The notes beneath the pieces were generated by a model. That model saw nothing but the letters and a program-made list of their open reading frames with translations, did no database searches and was not told the origin of the DNA. A stretch of DNA of 64,000 nt from Eledone cirrhosa (Eukaryota): contig OZ024742.1 of the NCBI GenBank assembly GCA_964016885.1, positions 376,898,001-376,962,000 on the forward strand, read 5' to 3'. Positions 12,117 to 23,900 of this stretch are shown piece by piece. The number at the start of each line of letters is the position of its first letter. Position 1 is the first letter of the stretch. Position numbers and translations under genes: made by a program.

Positions 12117-12652
12117 GATGGATTGGAAGAAGTTTAGGGAGATGCTTCCTCTGTTGACAAAGAAAGTTTTCTCCCTGCGTACGAAAGGCCGGTTATATGA
12201 TGCCTGTGTGAGGTGCGCGATGCTGCACGGTAGTGAGACATGGGCACAACTACAGAGGATATGCGACGGCTGGAGAGAAATGAGGCAAGCATTCTCTATT
12301 GGATGTGTAATGTCAATGTGCGTGAACGACCAAGCATAGATGAGTTGAAAGAGAAACTGTGTATAAGAGGGATAGAATGTAGTGTGCGGGAGAAGAGATT
12401 GCAATGGTATGGACATGTGATGCGCATGGAGAATGACCCCTGGGTAAAGAAGTGCCAAGAAATCCCAGTAGAAGGAAGACGCAGTAGAGGAAGACCACGA
12501 AAAACATGGGCGGAGGTGGTGAGAGCAGACCTCAGATCGCTGAAGCTCACGGAGGAGATGACGAAGGACTGTGACAGGTGGAGAGATGCTGTGCTGAATA
12601 GGACCCGTCCTCCCTTTGCAAGCAGGGAAAAGCGGACGTAACATGATGATGA
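12117..12652 (+). mobile_element. 5'-truncated RTE-clade LINE 3' fragment with (ATG)n tail
   Basis: KGRLYDACVR..MLHGSETW, RLQWYGHVMRM and EGRRSRGRPRKTW, with one frameshift. Ends atgatgatgat. Confidence 0.85.
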
Positions 12653-12877
12653 TTTCTAGTGTATAATAACATAACTTTTCAGCATGTATGTACAGGATTA
12701 AATATATGAGTAACTTTGGAGAAATAACTATTTACAGAGGCAAATGTAGGGTTAGAAACCAGGACTTTGTGATTAGAAAGTTAATTTATTGTAGCAACAT
12801 GACTGATACTGGGAAATACATTGTGTGGGTGTTTGTGTAGGTTTGTGTGTGTGCAACTTTTAAAAAGTTACAGACGG

Positions 12878-13131
12878 ATATATATATATGTGTGTGCGTG
12901 TATGTACGTATATGTATATATATATATAATATATATATATATGTATATGTATATGTACATATATAATATATATATATACGTATGTATATATATATCTATA
13001 TATGTACATATATAATATATATATATATATGTGTGCGTGTGAGTGTGTGTATATATATAAACATTCATATATCTGTGTGTGTGTATGTAGATACACAAAC
13101 ACACATATATATATATACGTTTATATGTATA

Positions 13132-13198
<67 letters not shown>

Positions 13199-13207
13199 AT
13201 ATATATA
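12878..13207. repeat. (TA)n-rich compound microsatellite
   Basis: Directly visible. Confidence 0.9.
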
Positions 13208-13400
13208 AGTTGTAATAAAATGAAAACGAAATTTCATTTCTCACTCTTATACGGCACTTACTTAAATGTAAGTATGTATGTATACGTACATACATATATG
13301 TATACAGACGTACAGTAGCATGCATATATATATATATATATATAAGTGGGAAAGTGAAAAATCGGAGAATAGACCGTTAAAACATGTTTATTTAAAATAT

Positions 13401-13440
13401 CACCTACGTACGTTTCGCCCAGTTGGGCTTCTCAAGGGCA
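13401..13440 (-). ncRNA. Minimal type I hammerhead ribozyme (U3-A8 variant), pLTR copy
   Basis: Reverse complement of 14352-14391, with stem II loop AACT. Confidence 0.6.
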
Positions 13441-13690
13441 TAAACAATCACAAGTGTTCCTTATATAGTTCGGAAAGAGTTTGGGGGGTTAAATCCACAT
13501 CAAGATTCATTGTTCGCAAAAATATCTTGTTTTGATTTTGCAGCAGGTCAAGGGAGGTAACTTTGGCCGGTGTTAGGGCAGTCTTTCCCGGATAATTTTT
13601 GGTATGCAGGGATTGTTTTCTGGGTGTTATTTTGCTGCGCCTGCCCGCCGGGGTGTTAAGACTTGTTGCAGGGAGATCCAGTGTGCTATT

Positions 13691-14284
13691 TCACTCTTCA
13701 TTCTTAACCCATCTAAAGAAGGATATTTTTAAGCGATGTGTACAACTTATCGCTGTTTCAGCTCTGCTGTTGATGAGCTCGTGGGGTGCAGTTATGATGT
13801 GGTAGAGCTCCATGAGGCAAAGATCGCATTTCCTCTTGAAGTTGTACGGTGCGGCCCTGTCGACAATCTCCCAGTGCGTGGAGAAGCTAATGTTTAAGTC
13901 CTTTAGTGATGTGATGTAGTCCGCGAGCGAGGTGGAGTGCCTTAGTTTTCTATTTGTGAAAGAGTGGAGATGTGTTCGAAACCTAATTTTGAACGGGCCG
14001 GAGGTGGCCCCTATATAATGTTTAACGCTATTGTGGCTAGTAATAGTGCATCTATATATAACCCTATCGGTCAAGCAGTATCCTCTAAGGGGGCACCGTA
14101 CTCTGTCGCGGCAGTTGCAATTTCTGTCGCTGTTCCGTCTATTTCCCACGATAAGGCTATCATTGTTGCTGCCTACGTTGCAAGCTGCGCTACCGCAGCT
14201 GTCGTTAGCACAATTACAACCCGCAGCACGCGGGATGGTGCGATTGTTATTCCGCACGCCATGTTTTGCATGCTCCCCAGTCAC
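13691..14284 (-). CDS. Penelope-type GIY-YIG endonuclease domain (fragment; start codon doubtful)
   Basis: CNCRDRVRCPLRGYCL...VIYRCTI...YIGATSGPFKIRFRTH...CDLCLMELYHI...INSRAE...CTHR. Confidence 0.8.
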   Translation of the reverse strand: MTGEHAKHGVRNNNRTIPRAAGCNCANDSCGSAACNVGSNNDSLIVGNRRNSDRNCNCRDRVRCPLRGYCLTDRVIYRCTITSHNSVKHYIGATSGPFKIRFRTHLHSFTNRKLRHSTSLADYITSLKDLNISFSTHWEIVDRAAPYNFKRKCDLCLMELYHIITAPHELINSRAETAISCTHRLKISFFRWVKNEE

Positions 14285-14351
14285 TTCGCGGTCATTCTGG
14301 TTGCGTCTGCGGATGCCGTTGCCAACACTATTGGATGCTTGTGATTGTTTA

Positions 14352-14392
14352 TGCCCTTGAGAAGCCCAATTGGGCGAAACGTACGTAGGTGA
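14352..14392 (+). ncRNA. Minimal type I hammerhead ribozyme (U3-A8 variant)
   Basis: TTGAGAA core, stem II GCCC-AATT-GGGC, GAA, palindromic stem III ACGTACGT, GUA site. Stem I is weak. Confidence 0.6.
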
Positions 14393-14619
14393 TATTTTAA
14401 ATAAACATGTTTTAACGGTCTATTCTCCGATTTTTCACTTTCCCACGTGCTTACGCTCTGCTAACTCTCTAGCCCACTAAATATTAACACTTCGAATATT
14501 TAATACTGCCGGCACTAGTATCGAGCACCTTTGGCATACGCTACTTGGCAAATAACTATATGTATCACCTATCCTTCCTTTTTTTTTTTTTTTTTTTTCT
14601 CTCTTTCTCGATACGTAAA

Positions 14620-14686
<67 letters not shown>

Positions 14687-14687
14687 C

Positions 14688-14924
14688 ACAGGTACACATA
14701 CATATATGTACGTATCAGTTTAGCGGACGCTTATTATAGCGCCCGCTTTGTTCGTTTGTAAACAAACTGAACAGCCTGAATTTGTGTTGAACAAAAAGGT
14801 GACGTGGTTGCCTTAACACCGTGCGGCACAAATTCAGGCTGTTCAGTTTGTTTACAAACGAACAAAGCGGGCGCTATAATAAGCGTCCGCTAAACTGATA
14901 CGTACATATATGTATGTGTACCTG

Positions 14925-14925
<1 letters not shown>
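14688..14925. mobile_element. Fold-back/MITE-like element: 99-bp inverted arms with a 40-bp spacer, embedded in (TA)n
   Basis: 14688-14786 is the reverse complement of 14827-14925. A third copy of the terminus lies at 14971-15004. Confidence 0.8.
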
Positions 14926-14972
<47 letters not shown>

Positions 14973-15017
14973 CAGGTACACATACATATATGTACGTATC
15001 AGTTATATGTACGTATC

Positions 15018-15806
15018 AATTATATCTAAATGTTTCTTCTCTCTTCATAATGTAATTTTAACTCTGATACTGGTTCAGTCTAGTTCAACCGGATTGGTCT
15101 GTCCCAGTCATTCATTGAGCAACATCGGTGAGGTTGGCACCCTTAACTCACGGTTGGGTGTGGATGCATTCATGTATATGTGTGTGTCCGCATGTATCTG
15201 TGTGTTTCTAAATATAACGTTAATAACTCCCTCTGGTTGAGTAATCTTTGAAGTGTGGGGACTGCTGGAAAGCTGCCATTACTCATACTTCTCGTCCCCT
15301 TCACCACCTCTTCTACGGCTTCGATATAAATACCCCCTCCGCCTCTGTGGTATTTTCTTCGGGGTTATAAGAGGCTTAGCTCTGCTTCTCGACCGTTATA
15401 TCGCGTGACTATCTCCGACGCCTTTTGGGATTCTTTCTCACGTCGTGTAGACGCGTTCTTGAGACTAGTAAAATGAGGTATCCTCTTGATAAGTCGGCAG
15501 ACCTCGCAGGGACTCTATATCTTTATGATGTATTGTTTTTGTTTATGCCACGAAACTACGTAGTCGAGGAATCTAGGAGCAGTTTAGGTATGATACATTT
15601 TATTACTAATTATATCTAAATGTTTCTTCTCTCTTCATAATGTAATTTTAACTCTGATACTGGTTCAGTCTAGTTCAACCGGATTGGTCTGTCCCAGTCA
15701 TTCATTGAGCAACATCGGTGAGGTTGGCACCCTTAACTCACGGTTGGGTGTAGATGCATTCATATATATGTGTGTGTCCGCATGTATCTGTGTGTTTCTA
15801 AATATA
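15018..15806 (+). mobile_element. Non-coding retrozyme/pLTR-like element: 199-bp direct repeats (period 590) with an internal hammerhead
   Basis: 15018-15216 and 15608-15806 differ at 2 positions by eye. Hammerhead at 15481-15570. Confidence 0.65.
15481..15570 (+). ncRNA. Type I hammerhead ribozyme (U3-A8 variant, long loop II)
   Basis: Stem I TCCTC/GAGGA, core TTGATAA, stem II GT(C)GGCA...TGCCAC, GAA, palindromic stem III ACTACGTAGT, GUC cleavage triplet. Confidence 0.75.
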
Positions 15807-15863
15807 TTATATATATATATATGCATGCTACTGTACGTCTGTATACATATATATATGTACGTA

Positions 15864-15909
<46 letters not shown>

Positions 15910-16077
15910 CATATATTGTTATACTTTGGGAGGGTCATGTTGCCAATAAGAAACACACGCACCAGTTGTTTCACTTCAATTTATTATATATTTATAAATT
16001 TATAAATTTACAAATCTACAAACTTATAAATTTCTGGTTGGTTGGTTGGTTCCACAACCAGATAGTTGTTTATATAT

Positions 16078-16122
16078 AGTCATAGTCCTTTCGTCACACA
16101 CTCTGTGACCTCTTCAGTGACT
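16078..16122 (-). ncRNA. Minimal type I hammerhead ribozyme (inverted pLTR copy)
   Basis: Exact reverse complement of 17205-17249. Confidence 0.75.
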
Positions 16123-16194
16123 GGGGATTCCTTTCTTTGTTTCTGTGCCTTTCCTTTCTTCTATCCTACGCCATTTTGTTTCTGTGTGTGTGTT

Positions 16195-16533
16195 AACTGT
16201 AAAACCAGATATGTAGTGTATAGCATAAGATGTACTGAAGGACAATGTAGAAACAAAAATATAGTGTACATAGGTGAGACAGCTCGTAGTATAGGGGAAC
16301 GAATAAATGAACACTGGCGAGACCTCCAAGATAATAAAGAATCATCTGTTCTCTACCAACATGCTAAGATAGAACACAGGGGTAGATTAGTGAACATAGA
16401 AATAAAAATAGAATCCACACACAGAAAAGATGCAATGTTTAGGCAAATTACAGAGGCAGTAAGCATAAAAGAATTACAACCAAAATTAAATAGAAAATAT
16501 GAGTGGAACAGCAACATCACAACTTACAATTAA
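16195..16533 (+). pseudogene. GIY-YIG endonuclease C-terminal fragment, copy 1
   Basis: NCKTRYVVYSIRC...YIGETARSIGERINEH...RQITEAVSIKELQPKLNRKYEW. Confidence 0.85.
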
Positions 16534-16564
16534 GGACAAAATAAAAACACACACAGGACATATT

Positions 16565-16903
16565 AACTGTAAAACCAGAAATGTAGTGTATAGCATAAGA
16601 TGTACTGAAGGACAATGTAGAAACAAAAATATAGTGTACATAGGTGAGACAGCTCGTAGTATAGGGGAACGAATAAATGAACACTGGCGAGACCTCCAAG
16701 ATAATAAAGAATCATCTGTTCTCTACCAACATGCTAAGATAGAACACAGGGGTAGATTAGAGAACATAGAAATAAAAATAGAATCCACACACAGAAAAGA
16801 TGCAATGTTTAGGCAAATTACAGAGGCAGTAAGCATAAAAGAATTACAACCAAAATTAAATAGAAAATATGAGTGGAACAGCAACATCACAACTTACAAT
16901 TAA
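16565..16903 (+). pseudogene. GIY-YIG endonuclease C-terminal fragment, copy 2 (370-bp tandem duplicate)
   Basis: Nearly identical to copy 1, with 2 amino-acid differences in the ORF track. Confidence 0.85.
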
Positions 16904-17204
16904 GGACAAAATGAAAACACACACAGGACAAAATGAAAACACACACACACATAGAACAAACAACTTACAATTAAGGACAAAATGAAAACACACACAGGAC
17001 AAAATGAAAACACACACACACATAGAACAAACAACCAACCAACAATAAATAAATAAATAAATAAACAAATAGATAAATGAACACAAACACACACAGACAC
17101 CCGGATGTGGCGCATGCGCAAACTGAGCACACAACACACACACAGAAACAAAATGGCGTAGGATAGAAGAAAGGAAAGGCACAGAAACAAAGAGAGGAAT
17201 CCCC

Positions 17205-17249
17205 AGTCACTGAAGAGGTCACAGAGTGTGTGACGAAAGGACTATGACT
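17205..17249 (+). ncRNA. Minimal type I hammerhead ribozyme in the Penelope 3' pLTR
   Basis: Stem I AGTCA/TGACT, core CTGAAGA, stem II GTCACA-GAGTG-TGTGAC, GAA, 2-bp stem III, CUA site. Confidence 0.75.
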
Positions 17250-17804
17250 ATATATAAACAACTATCTGGTTGTGGAACCAACCAACCAACCAACCAGAAA
17301 TTTATAAGTTTGTAAATTTGTAAATTTATAAATTTATAAATATATAATAAATTGAAGTGAAAGCAGCTGGTGCGTGTGTTTCTTATTGGCAACATGACCC
17401 TCCCAAAGTATAACAATATCGGTTTCAACACACGATTTCAGATAAAGAATCTTGCTAAACAAATTCAGAAACGAAATATATACATATATATATCTATATA
17501 CATATATAATCATACATCACACGCTGTGTATTATTGTGGCTGATTATATAGTTGTTATAGTTGTATAGAGTTAAGAAAGCTTGTGGCAACACTCTATCTT
17601 GTTTACATCTAATGTCAACAATTGTTATGTAAAAGCCATGAAAACAACGCCTGAATAACTTAGTTCTGTGTTTTAGATATTTGCTAGTTATGGCCCCTCG
17701 CCATGCCTTGGGTTACTATAAGAGTGGAGAAGAGGAGGAAAACTTAGATATTGTTAAGTATATAGAATGAGACAGATGTAGAAGTTTGTTAATGACAGAA
17801 TATA

Positions 17805-17988
17805 TGTTTCTACTTTTGGCACAAGGCCAGCGATTACCCCAGTGCATCACTGGTACTTTATTTTATCGACCTCGTAAGGATGAAAGGCAAAGTTAACCTC
17901 CGCGGATTTGAACTCAGAATGCAAAGGGCCGTAACTATGCTGCAAAGCAAGGCGTCCTACCCTCTACCTATACTGCCAACCCACCCCC
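17805..17988 (-). mobile_element. tRNA-derived SINE with Nin/Deu-type central domain; its 5' head is the first satellite monomer
   Basis: Minus strand: A box TGGCAGTATAGG (17978-17967), B box GAGTTCAAATCC (17915-17904), GCCTTTCATCCTTACGAGGTCGATAAAATAAAGTACCA (Nin/Deu-like). The 3' end is shared with 104-171. Confidence 0.85.
17904..17978 (-). promoter_or_regulatory. RNA polymerase III type-2 internal promoter (A box and B box, 51-nt spacing)
   Basis: B box GTTCAAATC matches GWTCRANNC. A box-like TGGCAGTATAGG is followed by TAGAG, as in a tRNA D-arm. Confidence 0.7.
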
Positions 17989-20900
17989 CAGGGCGTCCGA
18001 ACCTCTACCAATACTGCCAATCCACCACCCATGGCATCCAACCCTCTACCAATACTGCCAATCCACCACCCAAGGCATCCAACCCTCTACCGATACTGCC
18101 AATCCACCACCCATAGCGTCCAAACCTCTACCAATACTGCCAATCCACCACCCATGGCATCCAACCCTCTACCTATACTGCCAATCGACCACCCATGGCA
18201 TCCAACCCTCTACCTATACTGCCAATCGACCACCCATGGCATCCAAACCTCTACCAATACTGCCAATCCACCACCCATGGCATCCAACCCTCTACCAATA
18301 TTGCCAATCCACCACCCATGGCATCCAAACCTCTACCAATACTGCCAATCCACCACCCATGGCATCCAACCCTCTACCAATACTGCCAATCCACCATCCA
18401 TGGCATCCAACCCTCTACCAATACTGCCAATCCAACACCCATGGCATCCAACCCTCTACCAATACTGCCAATCCACCACCCATGGCGTCCAACCCTCTAC
18501 CAATACTGCCAATCCACCATCCATGGCATCCAACCCTCTACCAATACTGCCAATCCAACACCCATGGCATCCAACCCTCTACCAATACTGCCAATCCACC
18601 ACCCATGGCATCCAACCCTCTACCAATACTGCCAATCCACCATCCATGGCATCCAACCCTCTACCAATACTGCCAATCCAACACCCATGGCATCCAACCC
18701 TCTACCAATACTGCCAATCCACCACCCATGGCGCCCGACCCTCTACCGATATTCCCAATCCACCACACATGGGGTCGAACCCTCTACCAATACTGCCAAT
18801 CTACCACCCATGGCATCCAACCCTCTACCAATATTGCCAATCCACCACGCATGGCATCCAACCCTCTACCAATACTGCCAATCCACCACCCATGGCATCC
18901 AACCCTCTACCAATACTGCCAATCTAGCAGCCATGGCGTCCAACCCTCTACCAATACTGCCAATCCACCACCCATGGCGTCCAACCCTCTACCAATACTG
19001 CCAATCCACCACCCATGGCGTCCAACCCTCTACCTATACTGCCAATCCACGACCCAAGGCATCCGACCCTCTACCTGTACTGCCAATCCACCACCCATGG
19101 CGTCCGACCCTCTACCGATATTCCCAATCCACCACCCATGGGGTCGAACCCTCTACCTATACTGCCAATCCACCACCCATGGCGTCCGACCCTCTTCCTG
19201 TACTGCCAATCCACCACCCATGGCGTCCCACCCTCTACCGATACTGCAAATCCAAAACCCATGACGTCCAACCCTCTACCTATACTGCTAATCCACCACC
19301 CATGGCGTCCGAACCTTTACCTACAATTCCAATCCACCACACATGGTGTCCAACCCTCCACCAATACTGACAATCCACCACCCATGGCGTCCAACCCTCT
19401 ACCAATACTGCCAATCCACCACCCATGGCGTCCAATCCTCTACCTATACTGCCAATCCAGCGCACATGGCGTCCCACCCTCTTCCAATACTGTCAATTAC
19501 CACCCATTGCGTCGAACCCTCTACTAATACTGCCAATCCACCACCCATGGCGTCCAGCCCTCTACCAATACTGCCAATCCACCACCCATGGCGTCCAACC
19601 CTCTACCAATACTGCGAATCCACCCCCAGGGCGTCCGAACCTCTACCAATACTGCCAATCCACCACCCATGGCGTCCAACCGTCTACCAATACTGCGAAT
19701 CCACCCCCCAGGGCGTCCGAACCTCTACCAATACTGCCAATCCACCACCCAAAGCATCCAACCCTCTACCGATACTGCCAATCCACCACCCATAGCGTCC
19801 AACCCTCTACCAATACTGCCAATCCACCACCCATGGCATCCAACCCTCTACCTATACTGCCAATCCACCACCCATGGCATCCAAACCTCTACCAATACTG
19901 CCAATCCACCACCCATGGCATCCAACCCTCTACCAATACTGCCAATCCACCATCCATGGCATCCAACCCTCTACCAATACTGCCAATCCGCCACCCATGG
20001 CGTCCAACCCTCTACCTATACTGCCAATCCAGCACCCATGGCGTCCAACCCTCTACCAATACTGCCAATCCACCACCCATGGCGTCCAACCCTCTACCAA
20101 TACTGTCAATCCACCACCCATGGCATCCAACCCTCTACCAATACTGCCAATCCACCAACCATGGCATCCAACCCTCTACAAATACTGCCAATCCACCATC
20201 CATGGCATCCAACCCTCTACCAATACTGCCAATCTACCACCCATGGCATCCAACCCTCTACCAATATTGCCAATCCACCACGCATGGCATCCAACCCTCT
20301 ACCAATACTGCCAATCCACCACCCATGGCATCCAACCCTCTACCAATACTGCCAATCTAGCAGCCATGGCGTCCAACCCTCTACCAATACTGCCAATCCA
20401 CCACCAATGGCGTCCAACCCTCTACCTATACTGCCAATCCACCACCCATGTCGTCCGACCCTCTACCTGTACTGCCAATCCACGACCCATGGCGTCCGAC
20501 CCTCTACCGATATTCCCAATCCACCACCCATGGGGTCGAACCCTCTACCTATACTGCCAATCCACCACCCATGGCGTCCGACCCTCTTCCTGTACTGCCA
20601 ATCCACCACCCATGGCGTCCCACCCTCTACCGATACTGCCAATCCAAAACCCATGGCGTCCGACCCTCTACCTATACTGCTAATCCACCACCATGGCGTC
20701 CGAACCTTTACCTATAATTCCAATCCACCACACATGGTGTCCAACCCTCCACCAATACTGACAATCCACCACCCATGGCGTCCAACCCTCTACCGATACT
20801 GCCAATCCACCACCCATGGCGTCCGGCCCACTACCAATACTGCCAATCCACCACCCATGGCGTCGAACCCTCTATCAATACTGCCAATCCAGCACCCAAG

Positions 20901-23900
20901 GCATCCCACCCTCTACCAAAAATGCCAATCCACCACCTATAGCGTCCAACCCTCTAACAATACTGCCAATCCACCACCCATGGCATCCAACCCTCTACTA
21001 ATACTGCCAATCCACCACCCATGGCATCCAAGCCTCTACCAATACTGCCAATCCACCACCCATGGCGCCCGACCCTCTACCGATATTCCCAATCCACCAC
21101 CCATGGGGTCGTACCCTCTACCTATACTGCCAATCCACCACCCATGGCGTTCGACCCTCTTCCTGTACTGCCAATCCACCACCCATGGCGTCCAATCCTC
21201 TACCTATACTGCCAATCCTGCACACATGGCGTCCAACCCTCTACCAATACTGTCAATTACCACCCATTGCGTCCAATCCTCTACCAATACTGCCAATCCA
21301 CCACCCATGGCGTCCAACCCTCTACCAATACTGTCAATCCACCACCCATGGCGTCCAACCCTCTACCAATACTGCGAATCCACCCCCCAGGGCGTCCGAA
21401 CCTCTACCAATACTGCCAATCCACCACCCATGGCATCCAACCCTCTACCAATACTGCCAATCTAGCAGCCATGGTGTCCAACCCTCTACCAATACTGCCA
21501 ATACACCACCCACAGCGTCCAACCCTCTACCAATACTGCCAATCCACCACCCATGGCGTCCAACCCTCTACCTATACTGCCAATCCACGACCCATGGCGT
21601 CCGACCCTCTACCTGTACTGCCAATCCACCACCCATGGCGTCCGACCCTCTACCGATATTTCCAATCCACCACCCATGGGGTCGAACCCTCTACCTATAC
21701 TGCCAATCCACCACCCATGGCGTCCGACCCTCTTCCTGTACTGCCAATCCAAAACCCATGGCGTCCGACCCTCTATTTATACTGCTAATCCACCACCCAT
21801 GGCGTCCGAACCTTTACCTATAATTCCAATCCACCACACATGGTGTCCAACCCTCCACCAATACTGACAATCCACCACCCATGGCGTCCAACCCTCTACC
21901 AATACTGCCAAACCACCACCCAAGGCGTACAACCCTCTACTAATACTACCAATCCACCACCCATGGCATCCAACCCTCTACCAATAGTGCCAATCCACCA
22001 CCTATGGCGCCCGACCCTCTACCGATATTCCCAATCCACCACCCATGGGGTCGAACCCTCTACCTATACTGCCAATCCACCACCCATGGCGTCCGACCCT
22101 CTTCCTGTACTGCCAATCCACCACCCATGGCGTCCAATCCTCTATCTATACTGCCAATCCAGCACACATGGCGTCCCACCCTCTACCAATACTGTCAATT
22201 ACCACCCATTGCGTCGAACCCTCTACTAATACTGCCAATCCACCACCCATGGCGTCCAACCCTCTACCACTACTGCCAATCCACCACCCATGGCGTCCAA
22301 CCCTCTACCAATACTGCCAATCCAACACCCATGGCGTCCAACCCTCTACCAATACTGCCAATCCACCACCCATGGCGTCCAACCCTCTACCAATACTGTC
22401 AACCAACACCCGTGGCCTCCAACCCTCTACCAATACTGCGAATACACCCCCCAGGGCGTCCGAACCTCTACCAATACTGCCAATCCACCACCCATGGCAT
22501 CCAACCCTCTACCAATACTGCCAATCCACCACCCAAAGCATCCAACCCTCTACCGATACTGCCAATCCACCACCCATAGCGTCCAACCCTCTACCAATAC
22601 TGCCAATCCACAACCCATGGCATCCAACCCTCTACCTATACTGCCAATCCACCACCCATGGCATCCAAACCTCTACCAATACTGCCAATCCACCACCCAT
22701 AGCATCCAACCCTCTACCAATACTGCCAATCCACCATCCATGGCATCCAACGCTCTACCAATACTGCCAATCCAACACCCATGGCATCCAACCCTCTACC
22801 AATACTGCCAATCCACTACGCATGGCATCCAACCCTCTACCAATACTGCCAATCCACCACCCATGGCATCCAACCCTCTACCAATACTGCCAATCCACCA
22901 CCCATGGCGTCCAACCCTCTACCTATACTGCCAATCCAGCACCCATGGCGTCCAACCTCTACCAATACTGCCAATCCACCACCCATGGCGTCCAACCCTC
23001 TACCAATACTGTCAATCCACCACCCATGGCGTCCCACCCTCTACAAATACTGCCAATCTACCACCCATGGCATCCAACCCTCTACCAATACTGCCAATCC
23101 AACACCCATGGCATCCAACGCTCTACCTATACTGCCAATCTAACACCCATGGCATCCAATCCTCTACCAATACTGCCAATCCACCACCCATGGCATCCAA
23201 TCCTCTACAAATACTGCCAATCCACCACCCATGGCATCCAACCCTCTACCTATACTGCCAATCCACCACCCATGGCATCCAACCCTCTACCAATACTTCC
23301 AATCCACCATCCATGGCATCCAACCCTCTACCAATACTGCCAATCTACCACCCATGGCGTCGAACCCTCTACTAATACTGCCAATCCACCACCCATGGCG
23401 TCCAACCGTCTACCAATACTGCCGATTTACCACCCATGGCGTCCAACCCTCTATCAATACTGTCAATCCACCACCCATGGCGTCCAACCCTCTACCAATA
23501 CTGCCAATCCACCACCCATGGCGTCCAACCCTCTACCAATACTGCCAATCCACCAACCATGGCATCCAACCCTCTACAAATACTGCCAATCCACCAACCA
23601 TGGCATCCAACCCTCTACAAATACTGCCAATCCACCATCCATGGCATCCAACCCTCTACCAATACTGCCAATCCACCACCCATGGCATCCAACCCTCTAC
23701 CAATACTGCCAATCCACCATCCATGGCATCCAACCCTCTACCAATATTGCCAATCCAACACCCATGGCATCCAACCCTCTACCAATACTGCCAATCTACC
23801 ACCCATGGCATCCAACCCTCTACCAATACTGCCAATCCAACACCCATGGTATCCAACCCTCTACCAATACTGCCAATCTACCACCCATGGCATCCAACCC

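Larger units (their letters stand above)
13346..14446 (-). mobile_element. 5'-truncated Penelope-like element with inverted pseudo-LTRs
   Basis: 109-bp inverted repeats at 13346-13454 and 14338-14446 (1 mismatch) flank a GIY-YIG ORF. Each repeat carries a hammerhead motif. Confidence 0.88.
15913..17419 (+). mobile_element. Second 5'-truncated Penelope-like element with about 285-bp inverted pLTRs and a duplicated GIY-YIG fragment
   Basis: 15913-16194 is the reverse complement of 17133-17419. GIY-YIG coding sequence lies between them. Confidence 0.88.

Noticed and set aside
13691-16903. GIY-YIG ORFs as homing endonucleases or host genes
   Set aside because: Inverted pLTRs with hammerheads and 5' truncation identify them as Penelope-like fragments.
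17880-18116. ORF MKGKVNLRGFELRMQ... crossing the SINE-satellite junction
   Set aside because: It is an antisense reading of the SINE running into the stop-free satellite strand, with no coding evidence.
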